This document shows, one piece after another, positions 47,133 through 59,971 of a stretch of 64,000 nt of DNA. The translations under genes and the position numbers were made by a program. Each line of letters opens with the position of its first letter. The stretch's first letter is position 1. The notes under the pieces were generated by a model. It did not search any database and had not been told where the DNA came from. It saw only the letters and a program-made list of their open reading frames with translations. This stretch comes from Rhina ancylostomus (taxonomy: Eukaryota): NCBI GenBank assembly GCA_030265395.1, contig JARFYF010000059.1, forward strand, positions 18,406,207 through 18,470,206, read 5' to 3'.

Positions 47133-47904
47133 TTACATCAAGAACAAAAGTTAGATGCAAATCTGTGCAGAACCTTCCCTGGGAAGGCTTGAGTTCAACA
47201 CTGGCTTGACTCAATATTTAACCTGTCCAGTACCAGGCCTGGAAGCATCTGAGTCGGGATACTCAAACAGTGAGGTTGTATTATAGCTTAGTTTCCAAAG
47301 ACAAATGAACAATAACTTCGACTGCATCACCAAATCCTTGCTTCAAGTGGTTTCTTTTATTTTAAAAAGCACCCTTGTACAGGTAATGCCTTTGAAGAAT
47401 TAACCAACCCTGTGCAGCTGGATAGAGAGGAACTGCTGGCTCTGGTAGCAAAGGAATGCAACATTACAATAAGAGCTTGATTGTTCAGCAGTGATGTCAG
47501 GAAGCATTTCTTCAAGCAAACAGTGGTGGAAATCTGGAACCCTCTCCCTACTGATACAAAGCTCAAATCAAAATGACAAATCTTAAATCAACAACAGTTT
47601 TAAAAAAACAGAAAATGTTGAAGATACTCAACAATCAGGCAGCATCTACGAAGAAAGAAACAGAGTTAATGTTTCAGAGCAATGTCTATTAACTCTGTTT
47701 CCTCTCTACAAATACTGCCTGACCTGCTGAATTTCCTATTTTTATTTCAGATTTCCATTATCTGCAGTTTTTTGCTTTTTGATTGATGGAGTTTAGTGGG
47801 CAGAGTTGGAGAACCACGACAGGTGGATGGGCCTACAGTACAGGTAACCCATCATCTAACTGAATGGGGCAGAAAGGCCACACCTTTCTCTGATTGGTTC
47901 CTCA

Positions 47905-48135
<231 letters not shown>

Positions 48136-48220
48136 TTAATATTTAAACACACTTGTCTGCTGTGTCAATTGGCTCCCCCAAGATTACCTTATTTTCAACC
48201 TAACTGGAGAGGAAGCAACA

Positions 48221-48226
48221 AGAGAG

Positions 48227-48306
<80 letters not shown>
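48221..48306. repeat. (GA)n(GT)n microsatellite
   Basis: Directly visible dinucleotide run. Confidence 0.98.
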
Positions 48307-48312
<6 letters not shown>

Positions 48313-48672
48313 CACGGAGGCAGAGGGTGACAAAGTACTTGACAGGGTTCTCAGAAAAGAAATTTCTACTTGCAGATGATATCAGAAATAGCAGCAGTAA
48401 ATATTACAGACATGAAGAAATCCAAGTGGGAACCTGACAGAAATCCCTTTACCCTGAAAATGGTTAAAATGGGGAACTCACTTCCATGTACAACAGCTGA
48501 GGTTAACTGCATTAATATTCTTATATATAAGCACAAAAGTGAAAATAAGAGGATATGCCAGCTGGCTTGATGACAAGACGTGAGAAGGTTTGTGTACAGT
48601 TTAAAGAATAAAATGGACAAGTTGGGGCAAAAGTGTCTTTCTATGCTGGTGTCCAATTACCATCTCTTTTGG

Positions 48673-48846
48673 AAATCTGATTCATATTGTCCCATCACTG
48701 AAGGCCAGACCTTCTGCTATTGAAATTCCTCCCCAAATCTCTACATTTTCCTCTTTTCAAAATCTGATTCATATTGTCCCATCACTGAAGGCCAGGCCTT
48801 CTGCTATTGAAATTCCTCCCCAAATCTCTACATTTTCCTCTTTTCA
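48673..48846. repeat. 87-bp tandem duplication
   Basis: Two adjacent copies starting aaatctgattcatattgtcccatcactg, one mismatch (ccagac/ccaggc). Confidence 0.95.
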
Positions 48847-49924
48847 AAATGTTCTCTTATAAACCACCCAATTAGGAAATTCATGAGAAACTTCTTCACC
48901 CAGAGAGTGGCTGTTAGCAGTAATTGAGGCATCATTCCATTTAAGTGGCAGCTAGTTAAGGACATCAGGGTAAGGAAACTAAAGATAAGAAGGATGAAGG
49001 ACGAGCCAATGGCCTATTTCTCTACACTTATACAGTGTAACATTGCATCATTTTGTTTTGCTGGACACCAAAGCAAAGCCAAGTATCCCAACACCATTTG
49101 ACCATGTTTTGTCACCGCATCAGACCCTTAAAGCAAGCAGTCCAGGCCCAAATTACAGGAGATGTAATCTTTAAACTCTCTCTGCCCTATCAAGTGGATG
49201 TTGAAGTTCCAATGCAATTAGTTCAAAGAAAAACAGCAAGTTCTCCCTACCGCCATAGCCAAGAATCAACTTCCCCAAGACAAAACAGAAGTTCTTCTGC
49301 ACTTAGGTTGTGCTGTGCAGTGTATGACACCAAGGTCCAACATGCATATCCTATATTGTGCCATGCACACAAGTATCACAAATCGCCAGCTTTCTGCACA
49401 AAACTATGAATGCTTTTGAAGACCAGCAAAAGCCATAAATTGACTTGGTAGTAACTCTTCAGCAGCAGCTCCCATTATTAACTCATCCCATGAGAGGTGG
49501 GCATCCAGGGCAAAGTTTGCTGTGGCACAGTCACTTAAAGGAGAAAGCCTGGATAAGAATGAGTCATTTACCCAATGCTGAGACTGATGTCACCCTCCCT
49601 AGGTGGCTTGCTTCTGTGTTCGAGGTTCACGTGTTTTGTGTCAATGCCTGTTGCTGCAACTCTGCGAACTTGCAGCACAAGCCTGTCAGTGCAGCTGCTT
49701 TGCATCAAGTGCTCTATTCTGCGTCGACACAGAAGTTGCTTTAGCTTATAGTGATCTTATTTTCACACATAAGCTCTGCAGTGTGCAACAGAATTTCAAC
49801 TTTATTTAAATAGTATTATATCACTACTGCTACTGGGACCTTGCTGTGGATGTTATGTTTCCTCCATTACAACAATGGCTATACTTCAAAACAAAACTTT
49901 GGAATGTCACAAAGCTGTGATAGC

Positions 49925-50212
49925 AGAAGATACAGGAGCCTGAGGGCACATAACACCAGGCTCAAGGACAGCTTCTATCTCTCGGTGATAAGACTATTGA
50001 ACAGTTCCCTTACATGATGAGGACTCTTGACCTCACAATCTACTTTGTTTGACCTTGCACCTGTTGTCTACCTGCAATGCTCTTCCCTGTAGCTGTGACA
50101 CTTTACTCTGTATCCTGTTATTGTTTTTACACTGTACTACCTCAATGCACTGTGTAATGAATTGACCTGTACGAACGGTATGCAAGACAACGTGACAATA
50201 ATAAACCAATAC
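49925..50212 (+). mobile_element. Rex1/L2-type LINE 3' end (second subfamily; tail also at ~61400-61475)
   Basis: RRYRSLRAHNTRLKDSFY-like coding tail, ending acaataataaaccaataccaat. Confidence 0.65.
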
Positions 50213-50430
50213 CAATGGACACAATATACAAATCACCCTTTACCATAAGAATGAGCACAGTATATGTCAGCAGCAACAAAAAAAGGTGCTGACAGTGTTG
50301 GGTGCACGTATAACTAATGAACATTTGAACCAGGTAAACAGAGGATAACTGAGAACCCATTGCCCAGAAGAACCTCAGCTATTCTGCAGCAGGGATGGGT
50401 TGGAGCAGGCCAGAGGACTTTGCTCACTCA

Positions 50431-50640
<210 letters not shown>

Positions 50641-51829
50641 CTAAAATAGCACAAAGACATACACAATCACTTTTGAAAGATTGATATAATCTGTCTAAAC
50701 CTCAATTAAAGCTCTAACGTGTACACAAATACCCTAGCAAACCTTCAATAAAAACATTATGTCTTCTCCCTAACCAATTTGTTGCATTCCCAACTCTCTT
50801 CTACCTTTTTCAGTTGCGTTTTCACTATACAAAATTTTATCCCACACCTGCAGGGGACTTTAGGACTTCAGTCAAACAAGATTTGTACGATCCAAGAGAC
50901 TGAGTCTGCTGTACGAACATACACAAGTGCAGGCATGTACACACACACACAGCTGTAAATACATCACATGCAGTCCACCGATACTCAATGGATAACTTTT
51001 CCTTCCCATGTATCTATTGTATCTTCAGTATCTATTTTGCTCCAGTTTGTGGTACACCCAGAGGTCATAGGTTCAAATCATCCGAAAAGTACAATGAACT
51101 TGGAGGAGAAGACCCAGCCAATGGTATGGATAGGAGATGGCCAAACCATGATTTACAAGTCAAATCTGACCCACAGCAACTTTGGAAGTGGCCAGTTGAA
51201 TGGTCTCTGACATTCTAACACATGAGATTCAAGGATTCCACTGTGGAGGAAGTGAGTTTTAGAGAGGATCATGTGTAGAAAGTGATCAGGCAATTGATCA
51301 TTTTAGGAGGAGGAGGCATGTCCATGAGTGGGAGGGNNNNNNNNNNNNNNNNNNNNNNNNNNNNNNNNNNNNNNNNNNNNNNNNNNNNNNNNNNNNNNNN
51401 NNNNNNNNNNNNNNNNNNNNNNNNNNNNNNNNNNNNNGTACATCAACATGAGGGAAGGGCACGGGGGCAACCAACAACAATGGAAAGTACCAGGAAGCAG
51501 ATGGGTGCCTCAAACTCTCCAGTAGCAGCCCAGATAGTGTGGACGCTTAAAACTGACAGTCATGCAAACGTCAATATTCTCACAGACCTCATGGAGAATC
51601 ATAGCAAAGTTTACTACAAGCAAGCTTTGTGCAATGTTTGATGTCACTACACCCATGTTCAGTAGGCTCAGAGCACTACTACGACAGGTGCTGACAACAC
51701 TCCAGCTTGTTCACTTCTGATCATCCCTGAGAATAGCCCAAATATCCATCCCCTGCTTTAGAGAAATAAGCAAACAACAGCATGGAAACCTAGAGGCACT
51801 TGAAGGTCAGTACATCTTGTGCTCAGTTA

Positions 51830-52147
<318 letters not shown>

Positions 52148-52698
52148 CTAACTTCAGCCACAGCTGGAAGGAAAACAGACTCTGTCTTCAGAACATGAAC
52201 AATTCTGAGTCATGCACCTTCCTGACTTGGAAATACCTTACCTCCCTTTCCTCAGTACCACACACTTAATATCCTACAGCATTCTGGCAGCATGTTCACT
52301 GGAATGCAATGGTTCAAGGTAACATCCCACCACGACTTTACCAAGAGCAATGAAAGATGGGCAATAAAGGTCAGCATTGTCAGTGACACCCACATCCCAG
52401 TCGCAGTGAATGCGACAGTGGGCTGAATATTCCGTCATGATGGGCATTGCAGTGTTAGGGCTAAATGAAGAGAAAACAGAAGTTGCATTGAATTTCTCTG
52501 CCAAAGCCTGCCTCACTGATTTCACACAAACACATCCATTTTCTAGTACTGGGCTGTCATCAGGTCACTTGCTTGCTTGTATTGGGATAAGGTGGAACAC
52601 CAATGTGGGAGCTTCCTGCTCTTGCATGGTTGAATATCAAATTGTAGGTGGGAGGTTCATTTATCCCTATACACATATACTTAAGATTAACAACATTA

Positions 52699-52929
<231 letters not shown>

Positions 52930-54653
52930 TTAAAAGAAATGAGTCAGGGAAATTATGGCATCCCAACACAGTATACTGAAGGGGCAATTGAACTGCAGCT
53001 CCAAATTGCAACTTTATTTTTTTAGGACAGAATTTGTTTTTTTTATTTTTTGTGTTGGAAAACTCCAGGGTTGAAGACACTTTCTTAAAGTAAAGTGAAT
53101 TAATAACACTGGACTAAGGTTTTCAAAGACACAGGAAGATCCTGAGAAAATGAGTTGGAGTGGGAGGCAGCATTTTGTGACTAGATTTTAATGTAATCCA
53201 GATGCCTAAAGGAGGAAAAGTATGCATTAACAAGTATAAGGAACTAAACAAGTTTTAAACCAGAATCAGGAGCTCAAGGGGTCAGTGGTGGTGAGGGGGG
53301 CATTAAAAATTAAAATTTTAAGATGAATTATGGAATTAGCCTTGTAGATTGTTCCAGATCTGAAAAATTCTGAGTGAAAAGAATTCTCCTCATCCCTACA
53401 TTGAATCTTTAACCAATCATTTTAAATCTGTGTCCTCTGGTAATTGACTCCAGTCAGACAAGTTAGCTCTTTCTTCTCCATCAACATCTATCTTCTCAAC
53501 AACCTTTATCAGGTCACCTCTTCATCCTTAATCTTTTCTGTTCCAAGGTGAACTGTCCTAGTTTTCAAACTTCTCAAAAGTGAAGTCCTTCATCCCCAGT
53601 GCCATCCGGGTAATCCTACTTCATCTCCCTTCCAGAGTCTCAACATCTTTCCCAAAGGGTGCAGCCCTGAATTGTCCACATTACCTAGCTGAGTCCTGTT
53701 GAATTCTATAATTATTTCACTGCTTTAATATCCTGTTCCTCTTATTTATAAAACTCAGTGTTTTCTTTTAAAAACAAAAACACCATGTCAATAAGTCCTG
53801 TTGCTCCTATATCCCATGTGAGAATCATGTACAATCCCAGGTGATGAACATTATGCCCAGTCTACACCTTTTAAAATTTTGCCCTTTTCAGTACCCAGGC
53901 TTAGGACAAGTTACAAGGGTTGCATAGGGTCAGATTGTATTTCCCAGTGTATAGAAGGTTAAGGAGTCATTAGAATGGGACGTTTAAAATGTTAGTAGGG
54001 TAAAATGGGTTGATCAGAGAGAAACTATTCCCCTTGATGAAGCAAATCAGGGACACATGCTTAAAATTAGAATTGGACCTTTCAGGAACAAAATCAGGGA
54101 GCATTTTATCCATAAAATGGGCATTGAACACACTCTTTCAAAAGTTTGGGAACCAACAGATTTTTTTGGACTCCTGTTTTACTAAGTTTAGGAGTGTCAA
54201 TGGATATGAAGCACAAGTGTATAAAATGAACTAAGGTCCAGATCAAATATTTTCAAATTGATTGGTGGTATGGGCTGGATGGGCTGAATAGCCTCCTCCT
54301 GTCCTGTATCCCATGTGGGCATCATGCAAATACCCAGGCAGAGAACATTGTACCCAGTCACAGCTCAAAAACACAAGTTCTGGTCATATTTCTCACTGCT
54401 CACCCAGCAATAACAAGGCTATCTTTGCACCACTCCAGCCAAGGTCAGATAGTTCACTACAGACCAGGAATCAATCAAGACTCCTCCTTCCATCTGCCTT
54501 GGGTACCTCACCATGTGATGGACCTATTGATTAGACCACAATTGGTCCCCATACATGCAACTGCCTTACACACTGTGGCAAGTGCTTCAAGGGAAAACAC
54601 TGCGACCCAATGCATCAAACAGAGAATCTTTCAGGAAGGAGTTGATTGTTTAC

Positions 54654-54780
54654 ANNNNNNNNNNNNNNNNNNNNNNNNNNNNNNNNNNNNNNCCAAACCA
54701 GCCGAGCCCTCGGATCGTACAGAGCAGCTATGGACACTGGCACTGTCCAGATCGGATTCACCGTGGTCATCTTCGTCACT
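54654..54780 (-). CDS. CHD5: CHD5 exon (~exon 7); 3' part in N-gap 54655-54692
   Basis: cacag|SDEDDHGESDLDSASVHSCSVRSEGSAGL...; probable donor gtaaac at 54653-54648; 127 nt keeps phase 0-1. Confidence 0.8.
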
Positions 54781-55027
54781 CTGTGGACATGAACATAACA
54801 AGTACAAGGAGAATTTAAGGTTTCAGGTTGCCACATTCCTTTATTAACCCTGCTGGGATCGAGTTCCATACCAATCTCACCATCACCTCCTCCAAGTGAG
54901 GTATCATTAATTCCCACCTATGAGCCACGTTCAGATACAAGTTCAGGATTAGTGAAGGACATTCCATCAGAATTCCTCAGTCAGGAACATCAACATCACA
55001 ACAAGTCCGAAACAAGCCCCATCTTAC

Positions 55028-55158
55028 CGAAGATTCCTTTTTCCGTTTGCCACTGAATCCTCCTAATTTGATTTTCAGGGAAACCATCTTCTTCCCTTTC
55101 CCTTTCTTCTTCAATTCAGCAGCTCGAGTACTTTTGGTTTTCTTCCGGACCCCAGGCC
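55028..55158 (-). CDS. CHD5: CHD5 exon (~exon 6), basic N-terminal region
   Basis: cacag|GPGVRKKTKSTRAAELKKKGKGKKMVSLKIKLGGFSGKRKKESS|gtaaga; 131 nt, phase 1-0. Confidence 0.88.
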
Positions 55159-55708
55159 CTGTGAACAAACAGTGATAACCACAGTTATAAGCTGGATGCT
55201 GTGGATTCCTACAACAAATCCATATTTTGATCCTTCCTTCACATTTAGTTTTAAGCCCTCCTGTCCCGAGAACAGTGACTCTTAGTGGACTGCAGTTCCT
55301 AACCACCACGCCTGAAATTATTTGCTCACAATCAGCCTCCTTCCTATGCAAGCATAGATAGTAAACATTAGAAGGCTATTTAGCCATAGGGGTTAAAAAT
55401 CACGACAGAGCTCAATCCTGTAATTAGCAACATCCACACATGAACACATCCCATTAGGACCCAGTGATGCAAATCTTTGTTAATTCCTTGGCAGGGCCAT
55501 CAAAATATTGCAAGCATTCTATTGTTAAGTATTTATCCAATTCCCTTCGGAACATCGTCTCTCAGGCAGTTATTCCAAGTCACAACAAATTTCTGCACTT
55601 AAAATAAATTCTTGAGGTAATCATTATACATTGCTTTCCTCTGATTAATGACTATTCTGAAATTTGAAACAGGTGGCTGTGCTCTCTTTACTATCATGGA
55701 ACTATTAC

Positions 55709-55959
55709 CTTTTCCTTCTTTGGTCTTGGCTTTCCTTAGAGGGGCTGGAGGCTGTACAGGGGGCGGCACCTGAATTGGTACGGATGGAGCCACGATNNNN
55801 NNNNNNNNNNNNNNNNNNNNNNNNNNNNNNNNNNNNNNNNNNNNNNNNNNNNNNNNNNNNNNNNNNNNNNNNNNNNNNNNNNNNNNNNNNNNNNNNNNNN
55901 NNNNNNNNNNNNNNNNNTTTGACATAGGGATTTTTGGATTTTTCTTGGCAATGAGTGGC
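55709..55959 (-). CDS. CHD5: CHD5 exon (~exon 5), CHDNT; interrupted by N-gap 55797-55917
   Basis: attag|PLIAKKNPKIPMS...IVAPSVPIQVPPPVQPPAPLRKAKTKEGK(G)|gtaata. Confidence 0.88.
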
Positions 55960-58199
55960 CTAATGGAGAATAGAGGATACAACAATGAACATTGTATTTA
56001 AGGTACTTAGATAAACTGAAGGTAACAATTGAGCACTAACAATTTTCAAAATAACTTGCACTTACATAGCACCTTTCATGTAATTAGGTGCCTCAAAGCA
56101 TTTCACATGAGCATTACCAGATCAAAATTGACACAGATAGTGAGGAATAATGACAGTGAAATTCTTATATTGCATTACACAGGCTATTCAGTCTAACTGG
56201 TCCAATCCAATGTTTATGCTTCTTCAGAGCCCCTATCCAGCACAATCAATTCATCCTTCTCATTCCTTCACCCAGGTGCTTATCCAGCTTCCCCTTAAGT
56301 ACAGTTGTGGGCATGCTATATTGGCGCCAGAAGTGCAGCGACACTTGCGGGCTGCCCCCAGAACACTATGCAAAAGGATGCATTTCACTGTGTGCTTTGA
56401 TAAGATATCTTTATTAGTCACATGTACATCAAAATGTACATGTGACTAATAAAGAAATCTTATCAACTTATTGGCTCAATTACTCCTGTGATTCTGAGTT
56501 CCACCCTCTCACCATTCACTGGGTGAACAAGTGTGTCCTAAATTCCTNNNNNNNNNNNNNNNNNNNNNNNNNNNNNNNNNNNNNNNNNNNNNNNNNNNNN
56601 NNNNNNNNNNNNNNNNNNNNNNNNNNNNNNNNNNNNNNNNNNNNNNNGTTTGTCCTAAATTCCTTCACTTGGTCAAATAGGTAGATTTAAAGTAGCAGAG
56701 AACAGCAGTTTTCCAAACCTGGGGTCACAACCCAATCTGAGTTTACAAAAACACCTGACAAGTATTGTAATGCATTTTTATGACATTGACTGCCTCACTT
56801 CAGGGTCAGAGAAAAATTCTGCTCTTAAACCAAATCAAACAAAGCAAAAGTTTAGGAAATAGCGGAGAGAGAATTAGGAGGAAAATTCCACAGATTAGAA
56901 CTAAGACAGGCCTGGTGATAACAGAGCAATAAAAATCAGATCTGCGCAAGTTGCCAGAGTTAGAGGATTTCAGGCCCTGAGGTGTTGTAGGGCTGGAGGA
57001 CAGTACAGAGAAAGGGAAGTTTGAGGGCATGCAGGAATTTAAAAAGAAACATGCACATTTTAAAATCAAAGCACTGCTGGATCAGGAGCCAGAAGGTGAG
57101 ATGATATATGACCTAGAGCAGGTGCAAGGTGGAATAAGGCAGCAGAGTTTAGATGAGTTCAGATTTGTGCAGGATTGAGTGCAGTCGGCCTGCCAGCAGC
57201 ACAGTGGAATGGGTGATACTGGAGTTAACAAAAACGTAGGTAGGGGTTTCAACAGAAACAGTGTTTGTCCTATTCAATATTCACTTTTCAATCCTCTACC
57301 AATTTCTGGGGTACAAGTCATTGGCACCATTCAGAAACTCAAAAAGAAATAGGTGACGCCCCTGAGTTATCTCAAGTGCAGGTGGGCTGGTTCAGCACTG
57401 GGAATATCACCAAGCAGTGGGAAAGGAAGGAGAGGTGAGGTGGGGGAGAAAAGGTTAGGGATGAAGGAGAGAGGTTTGGGGAGGAGAAAGAGGAGAGAAG
57501 AGGGATGGGATGAGGGAACATTACATTAATCGGGGAAAATAATTTCCACGCTACCATTCCTGTTTAATTTAATGGAAAGTCTCGCTTGACAAAGATCAAG
57601 GATACATTATTGAGATTCTATAACGACTAAAAGAGAAGCTCAGACAATGAGTTTTCTGTGGCAAATGACTCACCAAAAGCTTTCCACAAGCTGTTTGACA
57701 GAACACACTTCCCCTACCTGATCAGAGGAGCTCCAACACCAATGAAGCTCAACACCATTCAGGACAAAACACTTGTTTAATTAGCAAGCTGAATAGTCAC
57801 TCCCTCTACCACCCATACACCATGGCTGGCGTGCACACCACCTACAGAATGCATTGCAACAAGTCAGCAAGACTTAGTCAACAACATCCACTTCCCACAA
57901 GTGAATTAAAATACCCTCCTGAAGTGGTGACCTTACCACCAAGAGAAGTTTGTGGGGGGGAGGCAGGAAATAGCAGGATAAAAGTGTTACAACCTGCAAG
58001 TTTCCTTCTAGTCACGAATCATCCTGACTTCAGAATTTATTTTTCAAAATCTTGGAGCTCCCTACCCAACAGCACCTTGGAAGTGCCCTCACTTTGTAGA
58101 TTAGGAAGCTGGTTGCAAACTTTTAAATGTTCAGTTAGGGTTTTAACATACAGAAGTGTCCCAAAACACTTCACAGGAGGCAGAAAGATTAAATTATTA

Positions 58200-58447
58200 A
58201 ATTTTTTAAATTTGATTTACAGCGTGGTAACAGGCCCTTCTGGCCTAACGAGTCCACGCCACCCATTTTAAATCTCAAATTAACCTATCCGTACGTCTTT
58301 AGAATGTGGGAGGAAACCGGAGCACCCGAAGGAAACCCATGCAGACAAAGGAGAACGTACAAACTCCTTACAGACTGCGACGGGAATCGAACCCTGATCG
58401 CTGGTGCTGTAATAGCATTGCGTTAACCGCTATGCTACCGTGCCGCC
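58200..58447 (-). mobile_element. tRNA-derived V-SINE (HE1-like), comparatively young
   Basis: Minus strand: ggcggcacggtagcatagcggtt (box A), gttcgattccc (box B), V-core gggtgctccggtttcctcccacattc; many CpGs retained. Confidence 0.8.
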
Positions 58448-58631
58448 TGAGACAAACAAGGAAATATTAAGAAGGGTGACCAGTAGTTGGTCAGAGGATT
58501 TTATAACAAAATATTATGAAAAGCCTTGGGGTGCATGACAACAATGATATGGCAGCCCATCTCATTCAGCCCATGGATAAGATGTTGATTCTCTTCCAAC
58601 AGGCCACTGCTCTTTCCCCACAGCACTACAG

Positions 58632-59545
58632 ATATTGTACCTCCAACTTTTTACCCTGTACGTCAACGATTTGGATGATGGAGTAAATGGTTTTGTGGCT
58701 GAGTTTGCGGATGACACCAAGATAGATGGAGGAGTAGAGAGTACTGAAGAGTCAAGAAGGTTGCAGAGAGACCTAGATAGTTTAGAAGACTGGGCAAGGA
58801 AATGGCAGATGAGATTCAATGTTGAAAAATGTGCAGTTTTGCTCTTGGAAACATAAATAAACGGGCGGATTATTATCGATAAGGGGACAATTCAAAGTAC
58901 ATAAGTACAAAAGAACTTGGGGGTACTCGTGCTGGATATCCTAAAGGTTAGCCACCACGTCGGATCGGTAGTAAGGAAAGCGAATGCTATGTTAGCATTA
59001 TTTTCGTGATATAGTGTATAAAAGTAAGAGAGTGTTGCTGAAAATCTACGGGGCACTGGTGAGGTCTCATTTGGAATACTGTGTACAGTTTTGTGCCCCA
59101 TATCTTAGGAAGGTAGTGCTGATGTTGGAGAGATTTCAGAGGAGATTTACGAGTATGGTTCCCGTAATGAAAGGGTTGACATATGAGGAGCTTTTGTTGG
59201 CTCTTGGACTGTACACACTGGAGTACAAAAGAATGAGAAGGGACCTCATAGAAACATTTTATTTTAGCCAGAGGGTAGTGAACTTATGAAATTCCTTGCC
59301 AAGTGCAGCAGTGGAGACCAGATCACTGGGATCACTGGGAACGTTTAAGGAAGAGATAGACAGATATCTAATTTGTCAAGGTATCAAGGGATGTGGGGAT
59401 AACGCCTGAAAGTGTTTTTTCCTCTTGACTCCCTCCACTTCTCCTTTCTCATTTCTTTTTTCCCCTTTTCTTTGGAGCAGATTCGTTGGGCAGAATGGCC
59501 TATTTATGCTCCCCTATCTTGTGATCTTGTGAATTGTAATCTTGT
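58632..59545 (+). mobile_element. 5'-truncated CR1 LINE (RT core to 3'UTR)
   Basis: LFTLYVNDLDDGVNGFVAEFADDTKI...WQMRFNVEKC and LVRSHLEYCVQFCAPYLRK..LERFQRRFT; tail ttgtgatcttgtga. Confidence 0.92.
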
Positions 59546-59626
59546 CCACTGAATGTTGATTAAGAATTTTGATATTCTTTGAGTTAAAACGTTTAATGTT
59601 GTTGACACTTTCTGTTCCCATGGAAG

Positions 59627-59753
59627 ATGTTCAACAGAAACACAAAGAGACTCAGCGGGGACAGACTGAAACACTGAGAGTGAACACGATCCTGATGAGG
59701 GAGAAGGTGAAGGTTTTCCAGCTGGTTGATCGATACACTGAGCTCACGGTCAT
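59627..59753 (+). pseudogene. Fragment of an NLR (NACHT-LRR, NLRP3/NLRC3-like) exon, pre-NACHT FISNA-like segment
   Basis: Acceptor ...ttctgttcccatggaag| then DVQQKHKETQRGQTETLRVNTILMREKVKVFQLVDRYTELTV, which matches my recollection of batoid NLR proteins; cut by a 100-N gap. Confidence 0.65.
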
Positions 59754-59853
59754 NNNNNNNNNNNNNNNNNNNNNNNNNNNNNNNNNNNNNNNNNNNNNNN
59801 NNNNNNNNNNNNNNNNNNNNNNNNNNNNNNNNNNNNNNNNNNNNNNNNNNNNN

Positions 59854-59971
59854 TCTCTTCCTACCCCCCCCCCCAACTTCTCCTTTCTCATTTCTTTTTC
59901 CCCTTCCACTGGAGCAGACTCGATGGGCTGAATGGCCTACTTCTGCTCCCTTATCTTGTGATCTTGTGAAC
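59854..59971 (+). mobile_element. Second CR1 3'UTR end
   Basis: Paralogous to ~59437-59533 (cttctcctttctcatttcttttt...tggagcaga..cg.tggg..gaatggccta..t.tgctccc.tatcttgtgatcttgtgaa). Confidence 0.8.

Noticed and set aside
48234-48437. CVCVCV ORF
   Set aside because: Translation of a (GT)n microsatellite
58370-58447. tRNA gene
   Set aside because: tRNA-derived SINE head continuous with a V-SINE body; not an independent tRNA
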